Shown here one piece after another: positions 19,564 to 29,960 of a DNA stretch of 64,000 bases (positions within the stretch are counted from its first letter, which is position 1; each line of letters begins with the position of its first letter). The stretch covers positions 1,344,001 through 1,408,000 of the forward strand of contig OY775910.1 of NCBI GenBank assembly GCA_963675245.1, given 5' to 3'. The notes beneath the pieces are model-generated. The model was given only the letters and a program-made list of their open reading frames with translations. It did no database searches and was not told the DNA's origin. The translations under genes were made by a program, and so were the position numbers. Origin of the DNA: Acholeplasmataceae bacterium (GTDB taxonomy: Bacteria > Bacillota_I > Bacilli_A > Acholeplasmatales > Acholeplasmataceae).

Positions 19564-19920
19564 ATGGAATTTGATTGGAATAAAGCAAGATCATTAGTTA
19601 ATCGTGTCAAAGCATTAGTATTTTTTATTAGCTATGATCGCAAAGAAAAAATTCTTAAAGGAAAAATTAAACGTTTTACAGGATATAAGACAGTTGCAAA
19701 ATTACCAGTGGTAGATAATCAGCGGTTTATCATCAATATGGATGTCAGTGAAGGAGAAGCATCATTTGTATTAGTTCAAAATGGTTTGGTCTTTCCACTT
19801 GAGAACATTTCTGCTACAGGAAATGTATCAGCACCTATTGAAAAAGGATTTGCTCGACTTCGATTAATTGGTGAAAAAGCATCATTGTCGTTTGCGATTA
19901 AAAAAATAGATGAAGCCTAA
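19564..19920 (+). CDS. Hypothetical protein
   Basis: 118-aa ORF with AGGGGG RBS. Confidence 0.7.
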   Translation: MEFDWNKARSLVNRVKALVFFISYDRKEKILKGKIKRFTGYKTVAKLPVVDNQRFIINMDVSEGEASFVLVQNGLVFPLENISATGNVSAPIEKGFARLRLIGEKASLSFAIKKIDEA

Positions 19921-19968
19921 GGGCTTCTTTTCTATTTTTCAGCAAAAACATGCTATAATATCAGCGTT

Positions 19969-21195
19969 ATGAAAAAATCAATTATTATTACATTAAGTTT
20001 CTTTTTATTACAGGGTATTATACATAATTTAGGACATCCTGTAACTCCAAAATTAGTGACTAGCCTTGGCATACCATCCTATATGTTTGGGATTTTTTTT
20101 GCCATGATGAGTGCAGGTTTGATGATAGGTGCACCCATTTGGGGTGTTTTAGGTGATCGTGGTGGTAAAAGATTTTACGCCTTTTTTGGTCTGATAGGTT
20201 ATTCGATAGGTCAAATTGGGTTTGCATATACAGAAGTAGAATCCATTATGGTTTTTTTCAGATTTTTAAGTGGATTTAGTGTTGCTGCATCTGTAACATT
20301 ACTAACTAGTTCAATTGTCGAATTGTCTGATAAAGGAAATCGCGCAAAGAATTTAGCGTTATCTGCTGCCATGACCGTACTTGGAGGATCAATTGGTTAT
20401 TATTTAGGTGGTTTACTCGGTTCTAATGATGCAGTGATGACATTTTTACATATCAGCGAATTAAAACATGTCTTTTTAATACAAGCAATTGTTAATGTTT
20501 TATATGGTGTTTATATCTTGCTAGCATTTCAAGAAAGTCGAGATAAGAATCCACAAAAAGAACACCTTAACTTTTTTACAAGTCTTAAGGAAACAACTAA
20601 AATTAAAAAGAGTTTATTATTCTTCTTATTGGCATTAACATTTATCACAATGGGTGTGACAAATTTGGGTAAATTTATTGATGTTTATTTCAATGATCTG
20701 GGATACAGTCCTGGTGATTTAGGTACATTTGTCATGGTTACAGGTTATGTATCGCTTGCTACTAGTATCTTTATTGTCCCAATTGTTGCGAAATTTAAAA
20801 AGCGATTATTACTACTGACTATCTTACAAGTATTAAACGCATTCATTATATTTTATGTATTCAGAGCAAGTAACTTCATGTTAGCTATTTATACGGTTTA
20901 TTTGTTATATATGGTGTTTAGATCCATTTATCAACCTTTGGAACAAAGTTACATTTCAGAACATGCTGTTGATAATAGGTATGGCGCAATCATGGGCGTA
21001 AGACAGTCATTTTATTCATTAGGTATGGTCATTGGACCTTTAGTGGGTGGCTTCTTATATAATATGTCACCGTTATTGCAGTTTGATGCAGCAGCGATTA
21101 CATTTTTAATTGGTGTGTCATTATTAGGCTTAACATATTATTTCCAAAAGAAAGAAAATAAATTAGCGAATGAATCTTCAAAAGGATTAGCCTAA
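19969..21195 (+). CDS. MFS transporter
   Basis: About 12 TMs, GVLGDRGGKR motif A, GPLVGG. Confidence 0.92.
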   Translation: MKKSIIITLSFFLLQGIIHNLGHPVTPKLVTSLGIPSYMFGIFFAMMSAGLMIGAPIWGVLGDRGGKRFYAFFGLIGYSIGQIGFAYTEVESIMVFFRFLSGFSVAASVTLLTSSIVELSDKGNRAKNLALSAAMTVLGGSIGYYLGGLLGSNDAVMTFLHISELKHVFLIQAIVNVLYGVYILLAFQESRDKNPQKEHLNFFTSLKETTKIKKSLLFFLLALTFITMGVTNLGKFIDVYFNDLGYSPGDLGTFVMVTGYVSLATSIFIVPIVAKFKKRLLLLTILQVLNAFIIFYVFRASNFMLAIYTVYLLYMVFRSIYQPLEQSYISEHAVDNRYGAIMGVRQSFYSLGMVIGPLVGGFLYNMSPLLQFDAAAITFLIGVSLLGLTYYFQKKENKLANESSKGLA

Positions 21196-21334
21196 ATGCT
21201 AATCTTTTTTTTAAAAATCAGTTTACTTTCAATGGTTAAATAAATTAGTCTAGCATGGTATTACACCCTGTCTTAAAGATTACATATGTTATAATTAATG
21301 TAGTAAGTAGGATGTTTAAAAAGAGAGATAATAT

Positions 21335-21964
21335 ATGAGAAAAACCATAACTTATCACAATAACACACCGATCATTGATGAGCTAATACAAAAAGATCCG
21401 CACTTAAAATCATTGTTTGAAGAAATTGATCATGTATCTATAACGCGTTCTGATAATTATTTTTTATCTTTAGTTGGATCAATCATCAGTCAACAGTTGT
21501 CTGGAAAAGTTGCTGATGTTATTTACAATCGTTTTTTGAATCATTATCAAAATGATGTAACACCACTTAAGGTCATACATACTGATGATGAAGATTTAAG
21601 ACAATTAGGTATCTCATATCAAAAGATTAGTTATTTGAAATCCTTGTCGTCCATGATTGTATCAGGTGAAATCAATATTGAAGATTTTATCCATCTGAAT
21701 GATGAGTCTATTATCGAAGAACTGATTAAAGTCAAAGGTATCGGTAGATGGACTGCACAAATGTTTCTCATGTTTTCATTAGGCAGAGAAGATGTTGCTG
21801 CACCACTTGATTTAGGACTTAGAAAAGCTTATTCAAGATTAATTGATAAAGAAGTTAGTGTGAAAGAATTTGAGCAGATTTGCGAGAAATGGATACCATA
21901 TCGATCCATTGTTTCTTTCTTTTTATGGAAATCAACAGATAAACCTAAGGAGAATAAATCATGA
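21335..21964 (+). CDS. DNA-3-methyladenine glycosylase (AlkA/HhH-GPD family)
   Basis: IISQQLS, VKGIGRWTA HhH, DLGLR, W.PYRS. Confidence 0.92.
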   Translation: MRKTITYHNNTPIIDELIQKDPHLKSLFEEIDHVSITRSDNYFLSLVGSIISQQLSGKVADVIYNRFLNHYQNDVTPLKVIHTDDEDLRQLGISYQKISYLKSLSSMIVSGEINIEDFIHLNDESIIEELIKVKGIGRWTAQMFLMFSLGREDVAAPLDLGLRKAYSRLIDKEVSVKEFEQICEKWIPYRSIVSFFLWKSTDKPKENKS

Positions 21965-23325
21965 AAGACATCATTTTTGTTATATTTGGATCGACTGGAG
22001 ATTTGACATCCAGAAAATTATTACCTGCGATTACAAAACTCTATCAAAGTAATGAAATGTCCAGAAATATTCGTGTGTTTGCTTTAGGTAGAAGAGAAAT
22101 GGATACTGATTCGTATCTTGATTACATTGAAGCGCATATGAATGGAAAAATGAAACGCGATATTTTAAAAGAGATTGTTCAATATCATAACATACAAATT
22201 ACAGAACGTGATGGTTATAAGGTTTTAAAAACGATTATTGATCGTGAAAAAGGTCCTGACACTAAAGAATTATATTATTTAGCCATTGGCCCTGAATTGT
22301 TTGGCACGGTTGCGGATCATATTCATGCATCACACATTGTTGAACATGGTAATTTGAATCAATCGATTGTTTTTGAAAAACCATTTGGACATGATTTACA
22401 AAGTGCTAAAGACGTTAATCAATTATTATGGACATATTTTGATGAAAAACAAATTTATCGTATTGATCACTATTTAGGTAAAGAGATGATACAAAATATC
22501 ATCATGGTGCGTTTTGCTAATCGTATCTTTGAAGAATTATGGCATAATAGAACGATTAAGTCGATTAAAATTATTGCCAAGGAATCTGATGGTATTTTAT
22601 CTAGAGCAGGTTATTATGACCAATCTGGGGCTTTAAAAGACATGGTTCAATCACATTTGTTGCAAATGTTAAGCCTTGTGGCGATGGATACACCTTTAAG
22701 CTATCATAGTCAAGATGTGACCGACGAAAAGGTTCATGCTTTAAAGCATTTAAGCTTTGATGAGGAATCGATGATTTTCGGACAATATAAAGGATATTTA
22801 AATGAAAAAAATATTCAACCTGATTCAAAAACGGATACTTTTATCTTTTTAAAAGCTTTTGTTAATACGCCCAGATTTAAAGGTGTACCTTTCTATTTAA
22901 TGACTGGTAAAAAATTAGATAAAAAAGAATCAGTGATTATTGTTGAATTTGAAGCAACTACTGAACAAAGAAAATGGGATTTAGCATTATCAACAAATAA
23001 ACTTTATATAAAAATTGCCCCTGAAGATGGTTTTGGATTGGAATTAAATTCCAAAGTGCCTGGGTTGACTAATAATGTAACAGATGTTGAATTGGAATAT
23101 TGTGTCGCATGTAATGCGTATGGTAATATGCCAGAAGCGTATGAAAAATTACTATTAGATATAACAAATGGTCATAAGACCTTATTTACAAGATGGGATG
23201 AAATCGAATATTCTTGGGCTTTTATTGATGCTGTTAAAGCCGTTAAACCTGAACTAGTGATTTATAACGACTATGATGAGTTAAAGACTTTAATAAAGGC
23301 GAAAACTAAGGAGGATATGATATGA
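21961..23325 (+). CDS. zwf: Glucose-6-phosphate 1-dehydrogenase
   Basis: FGSTGDL, EKPFG, RIDHYLGKE. Confidence 0.97.
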   Translation: MKDIIFVIFGSTGDLTSRKLLPAITKLYQSNEMSRNIRVFALGRREMDTDSYLDYIEAHMNGKMKRDILKEIVQYHNIQITERDGYKVLKTIIDREKGPDTKELYYLAIGPELFGTVADHIHASHIVEHGNLNQSIVFEKPFGHDLQSAKDVNQLLWTYFDEKQIYRIDHYLGKEMIQNIIMVRFANRIFEELWHNRTIKSIKIIAKESDGILSRAGYYDQSGALKDMVQSHLLQMLSLVAMDTPLSYHSQDVTDEKVHALKHLSFDEESMIFGQYKGYLNEKNIQPDSKTDTFIFLKAFVNTPRFKGVPFYLMTGKKLDKKESVIIVEFEATTEQRKWDLALSTNKLYIKIAPEDGFGLELNSKVPGLTNNVTDVELEYCVACNAYGNMPEAYEKLLLDITNGHKTLFTRWDEIEYSWAFIDAVKAVKPELVIYNDYDELKTLIKAKTKEDMI

Positions 23326-23942
23326 AACGATATGATGTCACGATGACGATTGATCAAGATATGCAAGTGTATAAAAATATGGCTTCTAAAAAACCAGTGT
23401 TTGATGTCATTGCTGATTTTGATCGTTATGATTATCATGAAACGAATATCACGATGAATGTGCATACTGGCACGCATATGGATTTCCCACTTCACATGAT
23501 CAAAGATGGTGAGACATCATCGATGCTCGATTTAAACCGTATGATTGGCACGGTGAAAGTATTCGATTTAACTCATGTGATGGATGCCATTACGAAAGAA
23601 GATGTAGAACAGTTAGCTATCGCACCTAAAGATAATGTTTTTTTTAAAACCTCAAATAGTTTCTCTGACTCTTTTGAACCTGAGTTTATTTATATTAAAC
23701 ATGATGCAGCTGATTATCTATCTGCACTGAAGTTAAATATTGTCGGTGTTGATGGGTTAGGTGTTGAACGAGGACAACCTGGTCATCCGACACATCTTGC
23801 TTTCATGGCCTCTCATACGTATATTATCGAAGGCTTAAGGTTAAAAGAAATAGATGCTGGTATTTACTATATGTATGCATTACCTTTGAAAATAAACGGT
23901 ATGGACGCATTACCTATGCGCGTCATTTTAGAGGATGTATGA
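23322..23942 (+). CDS. Cyclase-family metal hydrolase (KynB-like)
   Basis: HTGTHMDFP motif, IIEGL. Confidence 0.9.
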   Translation: MKRYDVTMTIDQDMQVYKNMASKKPVFDVIADFDRYDYHETNITMNVHTGTHMDFPLHMIKDGETSSMLDLNRMIGTVKVFDLTHVMDAITKEDVEQLAIAPKDNVFFKTSNSFSDSFEPEFIYIKHDAADYLSALKLNIVGVDGLGVERGQPGHPTHLAFMASHTYIIEGLRLKEIDAGIYYMYALPLKINGMDALPMRVILEDV

Positions 23943-24475
23943 TTAGATTAGCAATATTAAAAGATATCAATCAAATTTGGAAATTAAGATGTATGACATC
24001 TGATTTGCTTCATGAGCGAGGTATTGATCAATGGCAGTCTCAATTTCCAACGAAAGAACAATTTATCAATGATATCAATACTGAAGAGTTTTACGTGATG
24101 GAAGTTGATCATAAAATCATTGGTATGATGGCATTAAAGTCAGGTGTTGAGCCAACTTATGATGTCATATATGATGGCAATTGGCACGAAAATTTACCAT
24201 ACATGACCATCCATAGGATTGCCGTTGATCGTGCATATAAATCGCATGGTTATGGCTTAAAATTACTTGATTTTGCCAAGAAAAAAGCATCCACTTTAGG
24301 CTATCATTACATGCGCATTGATACACATGAAGATAATCAAGCAGCCATTAGACGTTTTACCCAATTTGGGTTTGTTTACTGTGGCTATATTTTATTATCT
24401 GAAGATCATCCAACAACACGTAAACGACTCGCTTATGATATGACATGGGAGATAAAGCATGAAAATTCTAATTAA
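23939..24475 (+). CDS. GNAT acetyltransferase
   Basis: IHRIAV...GYG and RIDTHEDN motifs. Confidence 0.9.
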   Translation: MIRLAILKDINQIWKLRCMTSDLLHERGIDQWQSQFPTKEQFINDINTEEFYVMEVDHKIIGMMALKSGVEPTYDVIYDGNWHENLPYMTIHRIAVDRAYKSHGYGLKLLDFAKKKASTLGYHYMRIDTHEDNQAAIRRFTQFGFVYCGYILLSEDHPTTRKRLAYDMTWEIKHENSN

Positions 24476-25376
24476 TTCAAAACATTTTAATATGTCAGAA
24501 TTTAAATTATTAATAACACATCTTGATGATGTGACTTTTACTGATGATTTCAATGATCTCGACATTGATGCAATGATTACATGGCCAAGTGCCATTAGGG
24601 CTGACATATTGGATCAATATCCTGATTTAAAACTTATTATGCTACCTTCAGCTGGTTATGATAAAGCCGATTTATCTTACCTCAAAAAACGTCAAATTGT
24701 TTTGACAAATGCACGCGGTGTTTATGACATTCAAATTGCTGAAGACGTTCTTTCGAAAATATTATATTTCAATCGAAACATGAGATTATTTCAAGAGAAT
24801 ATGAATCAATCTATATGGCATTATGAAGGTTCGTTTGCAGAGATTTATGGTAGTACTGTTGGTATCATCGGTGCTGGATCCATTGGTCAGAGGATTGCAA
24901 AAGTTATGAAAGGTTTTGATGCACATGTCATTGGTTATCGAAGAAATGAAGAACCACTACCTGACTTTAATCAAATATATACAGGTGATAAAGGCTTACA
25001 AAAACTTTTAAAGGTAAGTGATTATGTTATTTTAGCAGTACCCTTGAACGATAAAACGACATATTTGATTGATGAAGATGCATTAAGATTAATGAAAAAA
25101 AATGCGCTCATAATTAACATTGCAAGAGGTAAAGTAATTGAACAAAATGCACTAATTAAGGCACTAAACGAAGGATGGATTAGAGGTGCTGCACTTGATG
25201 TCACCGAGATAGAGCCATTACCGTCTGAAAGCCCATTATGGCATGCTAAAAACCTCTTCATTTCACCACATGTAGCGGGGAGTTCACCGAAAGCGCATAC
25301 ACGAGTTAATGCCTTACTAGAAAGATTAATCAATCAATTTAGATCTAATGAGCCAATCGACAATAGAATTTGCTAA
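24459..25376 (+). CDS. D-2-hydroxyacid dehydrogenase family
   Basis: GAGSIG, INIARG, LDV..EPL, SPHVAG. Confidence 0.92.
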   Translation: MKILINSKHFNMSEFKLLITHLDDVTFTDDFNDLDIDAMITWPSAIRADILDQYPDLKLIMLPSAGYDKADLSYLKKRQIVLTNARGVYDIQIAEDVLSKILYFNRNMRLFQENMNQSIWHYEGSFAEIYGSTVGIIGAGSIGQRIAKVMKGFDAHVIGYRRNEEPLPDFNQIYTGDKGLQKLLKVSDYVILAVPLNDKTTYLIDEDALRLMKKNALIINIARGKVIEQNALIKALNEGWIRGAALDVTEIEPLPSESPLWHAKNLFISPHVAGSSPKAHTRVNALLERLINQFRSNEPIDNRIC

Positions 25377-25425
25377 ATAGACATAAGTGAGTGTTGAACA
25401 CTCACTTTTTTTTACCCTAAAACAG

Positions 25426-25482
25426 TTGACAAAATAAGATAGTATGATAGAATAAGACATAGATATTTTGAAATTCAAAATA
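25426..25482 (+). promoter_or_regulatory. Sigma-A promoter and palindromic operator of the acc/fab operon
   Basis: TTGACA 25426-25431, TG-n-TAGAAT 25445-25453, palindrome TATTTTGAA-A-TTCAAAATA 25464-25482. Confidence 0.7.
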
Positions 25483-25571
25483 ATTATGTTTTTAACAATA
25501 AATATGATTTTATGTAACCTTAGTTACAATCGATTAAAAAAATCAAAAATAAAGGGTTAAAGCGTGAAAAT

Positions 25572-26006
25572 ATGACAATCAAAGAAATACAAGGAATCAT
25601 TAAGGATTTTGAAAAGTCAAGTTTAAGGACACTTGAAATTGAAGCAGATGGTGTTAAGATCAAATTATCAAAGAATGAGTATAATGAAACATTCATACCT
25701 ACGACGATAAAAGAAGTTCATCAAGAACCAGTTGTAGCAACCAGTCATAAAGTTAATGGACACACTGTAAATGCACCCCTTGTTGGTACATATTATAGTG
25801 CCTCAACACCGGGTGGCGACCCATTTGTAACAGTTGGACAACCTGTTAAAAAAGGTGATGTTGTTTGTATTATAGAAGCGATGAAAATCATGAATGAAAT
25901 TACAGCACAAACGGATGGAAAAATAGGCGAAATTCTTGTAAAAGACAAGGACGTTGTGAGTTTTGATCAACCTCTCATGACGATTGTGAAGGATTATGAA
26001 GCATAA
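25572..26006 (+). CDS. accB: Biotin carboxyl carrier protein
   Basis: EAMKIMN biotinylation motif. Confidence 0.96.
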   Translation: MTIKEIQGIIKDFEKSSLRTLEIEADGVKIKLSKNEYNETFIPTTIKEVHQEPVVATSHKVNGHTVNAPLVGTYYSASTPGGDPFVTVGQPVKKGDVVCIIEAMKIMNEITAQTDGKIGEILVKDKDVVSFDQPLMTIVKDYEA

Positions 26007-27360
26007 AGTATTAATTGCCAACCGTGGGGAGATTGCTGTCAGAATTATTCGTGCTTTAAAAGAATTGGGAATTGAAACGGTCGCTGTTTATGCGAAAGCC
26101 GATAAAGATAGTTTACACGTGAAGCTTGCTGACGAAGCGATTTGTATAGGTGAAGCAGCAAGTAAAGATAGTTATTTAAATATGAATCAAGTATTAAGTG
26201 CTGCTGTGGCAACAGGATCGAATGCGATTCATCCTGGTTACGGCTTTTTGTCTGAAAATCCAACATTTGTTGAAATGGTCGAAAGTTGTGGGATTAAATT
26301 TATTGGTCCAAAAGCATCATCCATTAAACTAGCAGGGGATAAAGCAGCTGCAAGAAAAGCTGCTAAGAAGGCGAATATTCCTATTGTAGAAGGTAGTGAG
26401 GATGTCGTCGAAGATGTAGAAGAAGGATTAAAGATTGCAAAAACGATTGGTTATCCTGTCATGATTAAAGCTGCAAGTGGTGGTGGTGGTCGAGGTATAT
26501 CTATTGCGAGATCACCGAAAGAATTTAAAGATGCATTTAATCGAACATCATTAGAAGCTGAATCTAGTTTTGGTAATCCGATGTTATATGTTGAGAAATT
26601 TATTGAATCTCCAAGACATGTTGAAATCCAAATATTAGCGGATGAATATGGTAATGTGATTCATTTGTTTGAAAGAGATTGCAGCATGCAACGAAGAAAT
26701 CAAAAGATGATTGAAGAAACACCATCCCCATTTATTTCAGACAGTGTGAGACATAAATTAGGATTAGCTGCTGTTCGTCTAGCGAAGGCGATAAAATATG
26801 AGAATGCAGGTACAGTTGAGTTTTTAGTTGATCAAAAAGGCGACTTCTATTTTATTGAAATGAATACGAGAATTCAGGTTGAACATCCAATAACTGAATT
26901 AGTAACTGGTGTCGATCTAGTGAAAGAACAAATTCGGATTGCCTATGGTAAAGAACTTGATATGAAACAACGTGATATCAAACCGACAGGTTGTGCGATT
27001 GAATGTCGAATTAATGCAGAAGATCCATTAAATAATTTTATGCCAACCCCAGGTAAAATTACAAATGTGTTATTTCCTGGTGGATTAGGTGTCAGATTAG
27101 ATACGCATATTTATCCTGGTTATGTCGTACCACCATTTTATGATTCTATGCTAGCTAAACTTATCGTGCATGCACCAACGAGATTAGAAGCGATAAGAAA
27201 AATGAGGGTTGCTTTAGAACAGTTTATGGTAGAGGGTATTAAAACCAATATTGAATATCAATACCTTATTATGCATAATCCTGATTTTATTAAAGGTAAT
27301 TATGATACTGGATTTATCGAAAGATTTAATAATTTGGTAAAGGATGTTGACGATGAATGA
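25996..27360 (+). CDS. accC: Biotin carboxylase
   Basis: ANRGEIA, HPGYGFLSEN, GGGGRG, EMNTRIQVEH. Confidence 0.97.
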   Translation: MKHKVLIANRGEIAVRIIRALKELGIETVAVYAKADKDSLHVKLADEAICIGEAASKDSYLNMNQVLSAAVATGSNAIHPGYGFLSENPTFVEMVESCGIKFIGPKASSIKLAGDKAAARKAAKKANIPIVEGSEDVVEDVEEGLKIAKTIGYPVMIKAASGGGGRGISIARSPKEFKDAFNRTSLEAESSFGNPMLYVEKFIESPRHVEIQILADEYGNVIHLFERDCSMQRRNQKMIEETPSPFISDSVRHKLGLAAVRLAKAIKYENAGTVEFLVDQKGDFYFIEMNTRIQVEHPITELVTGVDLVKEQIRIAYGKELDMKQRDIKPTGCAIECRINAEDPLNNFMPTPGKITNVLFPGGLGVRLDTHIYPGYVVPPFYDSMLAKLIVHAPTRLEAIRKMRVALEQFMVEGIKTNIEYQYLIMHNPDFIKGNYDTGFIERFNNLVKDVDDE

Positions 27361-28225
27361 TTTTATTGAAGAACGGAAGAAGAGACTAGATCGTTTCAAG
27401 AAAACTGTTCGTAAAAAGACGACAACATCAGAACCAATCGATATTCCAAGTGGTTTATTCATAAAATGTGATCGTTGTCAAGCAGCTATATATGAAAAAA
27501 ACTTAAAAGCCAATCAACTTATATGTCCATATTGTGACTACCATTTTAGAATGTCTTCATTAGAACGCATGGATAGTATTGTTGATACAGGTTCTTTTAA
27601 ACCTTTATTTGAAGATGTGACGTCTTTGAATCCATTAGAAATGGAAGGGTATGAAGAAAAAATTCTAAGAGCTAAAACAATCAGTTCATTAAGCGAAGCT
27701 TTTTATTCAGGTACAGCTAAGATTGTTGGTTTACAAGTTGCAATTGGTGTATTAGATAGCTTTTTTATGATGGGAAGTATGGGAAGTGCCGTTGGTGAAC
27801 GCGTAACGAGACTAATTGAGTACGCAATGGCAGAAAAATTACCTCTCATCATTTTTTCTGCTAGTGGTGGTGCAAGAATGCAAGAAGGTATTCTATCCCT
27901 CATGCAAATGGCGAAAACCTCAGCTGCATTAGCTAAGTTAGATGAAGCAGGTCTGCTCTATATAAGTATTTTGACAAATCCAACCACTGGTGGTGTTGCT
28001 GCAAGTTTTGCGTCGTTAGGTGATGTCATTATTGCTGAAAAATCAGCATTAATTGGATTTGCAGGTGCAAGAGTGATTAAACAAACGATTAATCAAGATT
28101 TACCTAAGGGATTTCAAACAGATGAATTTCAACTAAAACACGGACAAGTGGATATGGTTATTGGACGTAAAGATATGCGTAAAACACTATATCAATTGTT
28201 GCAGTTACATGGGGTGAAATCATGA
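27344..28225 (+). CDS. accD: Acetyl-CoA carboxylase carboxyltransferase beta
   Basis: C4 zinc finger, GSMGS, SGGARMQEG; start may be 27353. Confidence 0.96.
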   Translation: MLTMNDFIEERKKRLDRFKKTVRKKTTTSEPIDIPSGLFIKCDRCQAAIYEKNLKANQLICPYCDYHFRMSSLERMDSIVDTGSFKPLFEDVTSLNPLEMEGYEEKILRAKTISSLSEAFYSGTAKIVGLQVAIGVLDSFFMMGSMGSAVGERVTRLIEYAMAEKLPLIIFSASGGARMQEGILSLMQMAKTSAALAKLDEAGLLYISILTNPTTGGVAASFASLGDVIIAEKSALIGFAGARVIKQTINQDLPKGFQTDEFQLKHGQVDMVIGRKDMRKTLYQLLQLHGVKS

Positions 28226-29046
28226 ACGCATGGGATCGTGTACAACTAGCAAGACATCCGAAAAGACCAACAGCAGAAGTGTTAGTTAAAGCCTTATTTA
28301 CGGATTTTATTGAAATGCATGGAGATCGTTCATATGGTGATGATCGTGCAATTATTGGCGGTATTGCATCATTTAAAGGAAAACCTGTAACGATTATCTA
28401 TGAAGAAAAAGGTCGAACAACGGCTGAAAAGATTGAACACAATTTTGGTATGCCACATCCTGAGGGATATAAGAAAGCATTGCGTTTAATGAAACAAGCA
28501 GAGAAATTCAAAAGACCCATTATCACAATTATTGACACACCAGGTGCTTATCCAGGTATTGAAGCTGAAGAGCGTGGACAAGCCAGAGCGATTGCTGATA
28601 ATTTAATGCAAATGAGTAGACTGAACACACCTGTTTTAACGATTGTGTTATCGGAAGGTGGATCTGGTGGTGCATTAGCGATTGGCGTTGCAGATTATTT
28701 ATTTATGTTCGAAAATGCCATTTATTCGATTTTATCACCAGAAGGTTTTGCATCTATTTTGTATAAGGATGCTAATAAAGCGAAAGATATTGCACCTTTA
28801 ATGAAACTAACAGCAGAAGATTTATTATCCTTTCATGTGATTGATGAAATCATACCTGAAGGAGATGGATTGCACGTTGATCAAAGAACAGGATTTAAAC
28901 TTTTAGAAGAAGCAATCATTAAATCCTTAAGCACTATATCAAAAATGAAAATGAAAGATCGTTTAGACAAACGATATCTCAAATATAGACAAATGGGATT
29001 ATTTCAAGAAGGAGATATTAATGAAACCAATAAACATAGCCATTAA
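28222..29046 (+). CDS. accA: Acetyl-CoA carboxylase carboxyltransferase alpha
   Basis: LARHPKRP, DTPGAYPG, EGGSGGALA. Confidence 0.96.
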   Translation: MNAWDRVQLARHPKRPTAEVLVKALFTDFIEMHGDRSYGDDRAIIGGIASFKGKPVTIIYEEKGRTTAEKIEHNFGMPHPEGYKKALRLMKQAEKFKRPIITIIDTPGAYPGIEAEERGQARAIADNLMQMSRLNTPVLTIVLSEGGSGGALAIGVADYLFMFENAIYSILSPEGFASILYKDANKAKDIAPLMKLTAEDLLSFHVIDEIIPEGDGLHVDQRTGFKLLEEAIIKSLSTISKMKMKDRLDKRYLKYRQMGLFQEGDINETNKHSH

Positions 29047-29950
29047 GGGTAGCGGAAAGTATGTCCCAAGTGGTATCATAACCAATGAGGACTTAGAAAA
29101 AATAGTTGATACATCAGATGAATGGATTGTTACAAGAACGGGTATAAAAAAAAGACATAAAGCAGAAAATGAATCAGTAACTGATTTAGCTTATAATGCT
29201 GCTATTAACGCGATTGAATCTGCACAATATGATGTCAAAAAGATTGATTTGATTGTGGTTGCAACCATTACTAATTCACTGAGAACACCATCTGTTGCAA
29301 ACGAAATTCAAAGACGTTTAGGGTTAGAACATGATGTTATGAGCTTTGATCTTACTGCTGCATGTACAGGTTTCATTTACGGTATGGATGTCGCAGCTTC
29401 GTTACTCACATCAGGACGCTTTAAAGCAGCACTTGTCATTGGTGCAGAAACACTAACAAATGTTGTTGACTATACAGATAGAAACACATGTATTTTATTT
29501 GGTGATGGTGCTGGTGCAGTCATTATGGAACATACTACAGAAGACAAACCAAGTTATTATTATTCAGCGGCTATCGGTGATCCTAATGGTTATTTGACGG
29601 TTGAAGACCATATTAAAATGGACGGTAAACGCGTTTATTTATTTGCTGTGGACGCGATGCAGAAAGGCATTGAAAGAATGCTTGAGGAATCAGGTTTATC
29701 AATGGATGATATAGACGCGATTATTCCACATCAAGCTAACTTTAGAATTATTCAAGCAGTTGCTAAAAATATGAACGTGGATATTAATAAGTTCGTGATG
29801 AACATTGCTGAATATGGCAATACATCTGCAGCGAGTATCCCGATTACACTTAATGAATATTTAGATGAAAATCATAAACCCGGTCAAAAACTGATATTTG
29901 TAGGTTTTGGTGGTGGGTTTACATGGGGCAGTGCCCTAATTACACTTTAG
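29021..29950 (+). CDS. fabH: 3-oxoacyl-ACP synthase III
   Basis: AACTGF, PHQAN, GNTSAAS, GFGGG. Confidence 0.96.
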   Translation: MKPINIAIKGSGKYVPSGIITNEDLEKIVDTSDEWIVTRTGIKKRHKAENESVTDLAYNAAINAIESAQYDVKKIDLIVVATITNSLRTPSVANEIQRRLGLEHDVMSFDLTAACTGFIYGMDVAASLLTSGRFKAALVIGAETLTNVVDYTDRNTCILFGDGAGAVIMEHTTEDKPSYYYSAAIGDPNGYLTVEDHIKMDGKRVYLFAVDAMQKGIERMLEESGLSMDDIDAIIPHQANFRIIQAVAKNMNVDINKFVMNIAEYGNTSAASIPITLNEYLDENHKPGQKLIFVGFGGGFTWGSALITL

Positions 29951-29960
29951 GAGAAACGTT

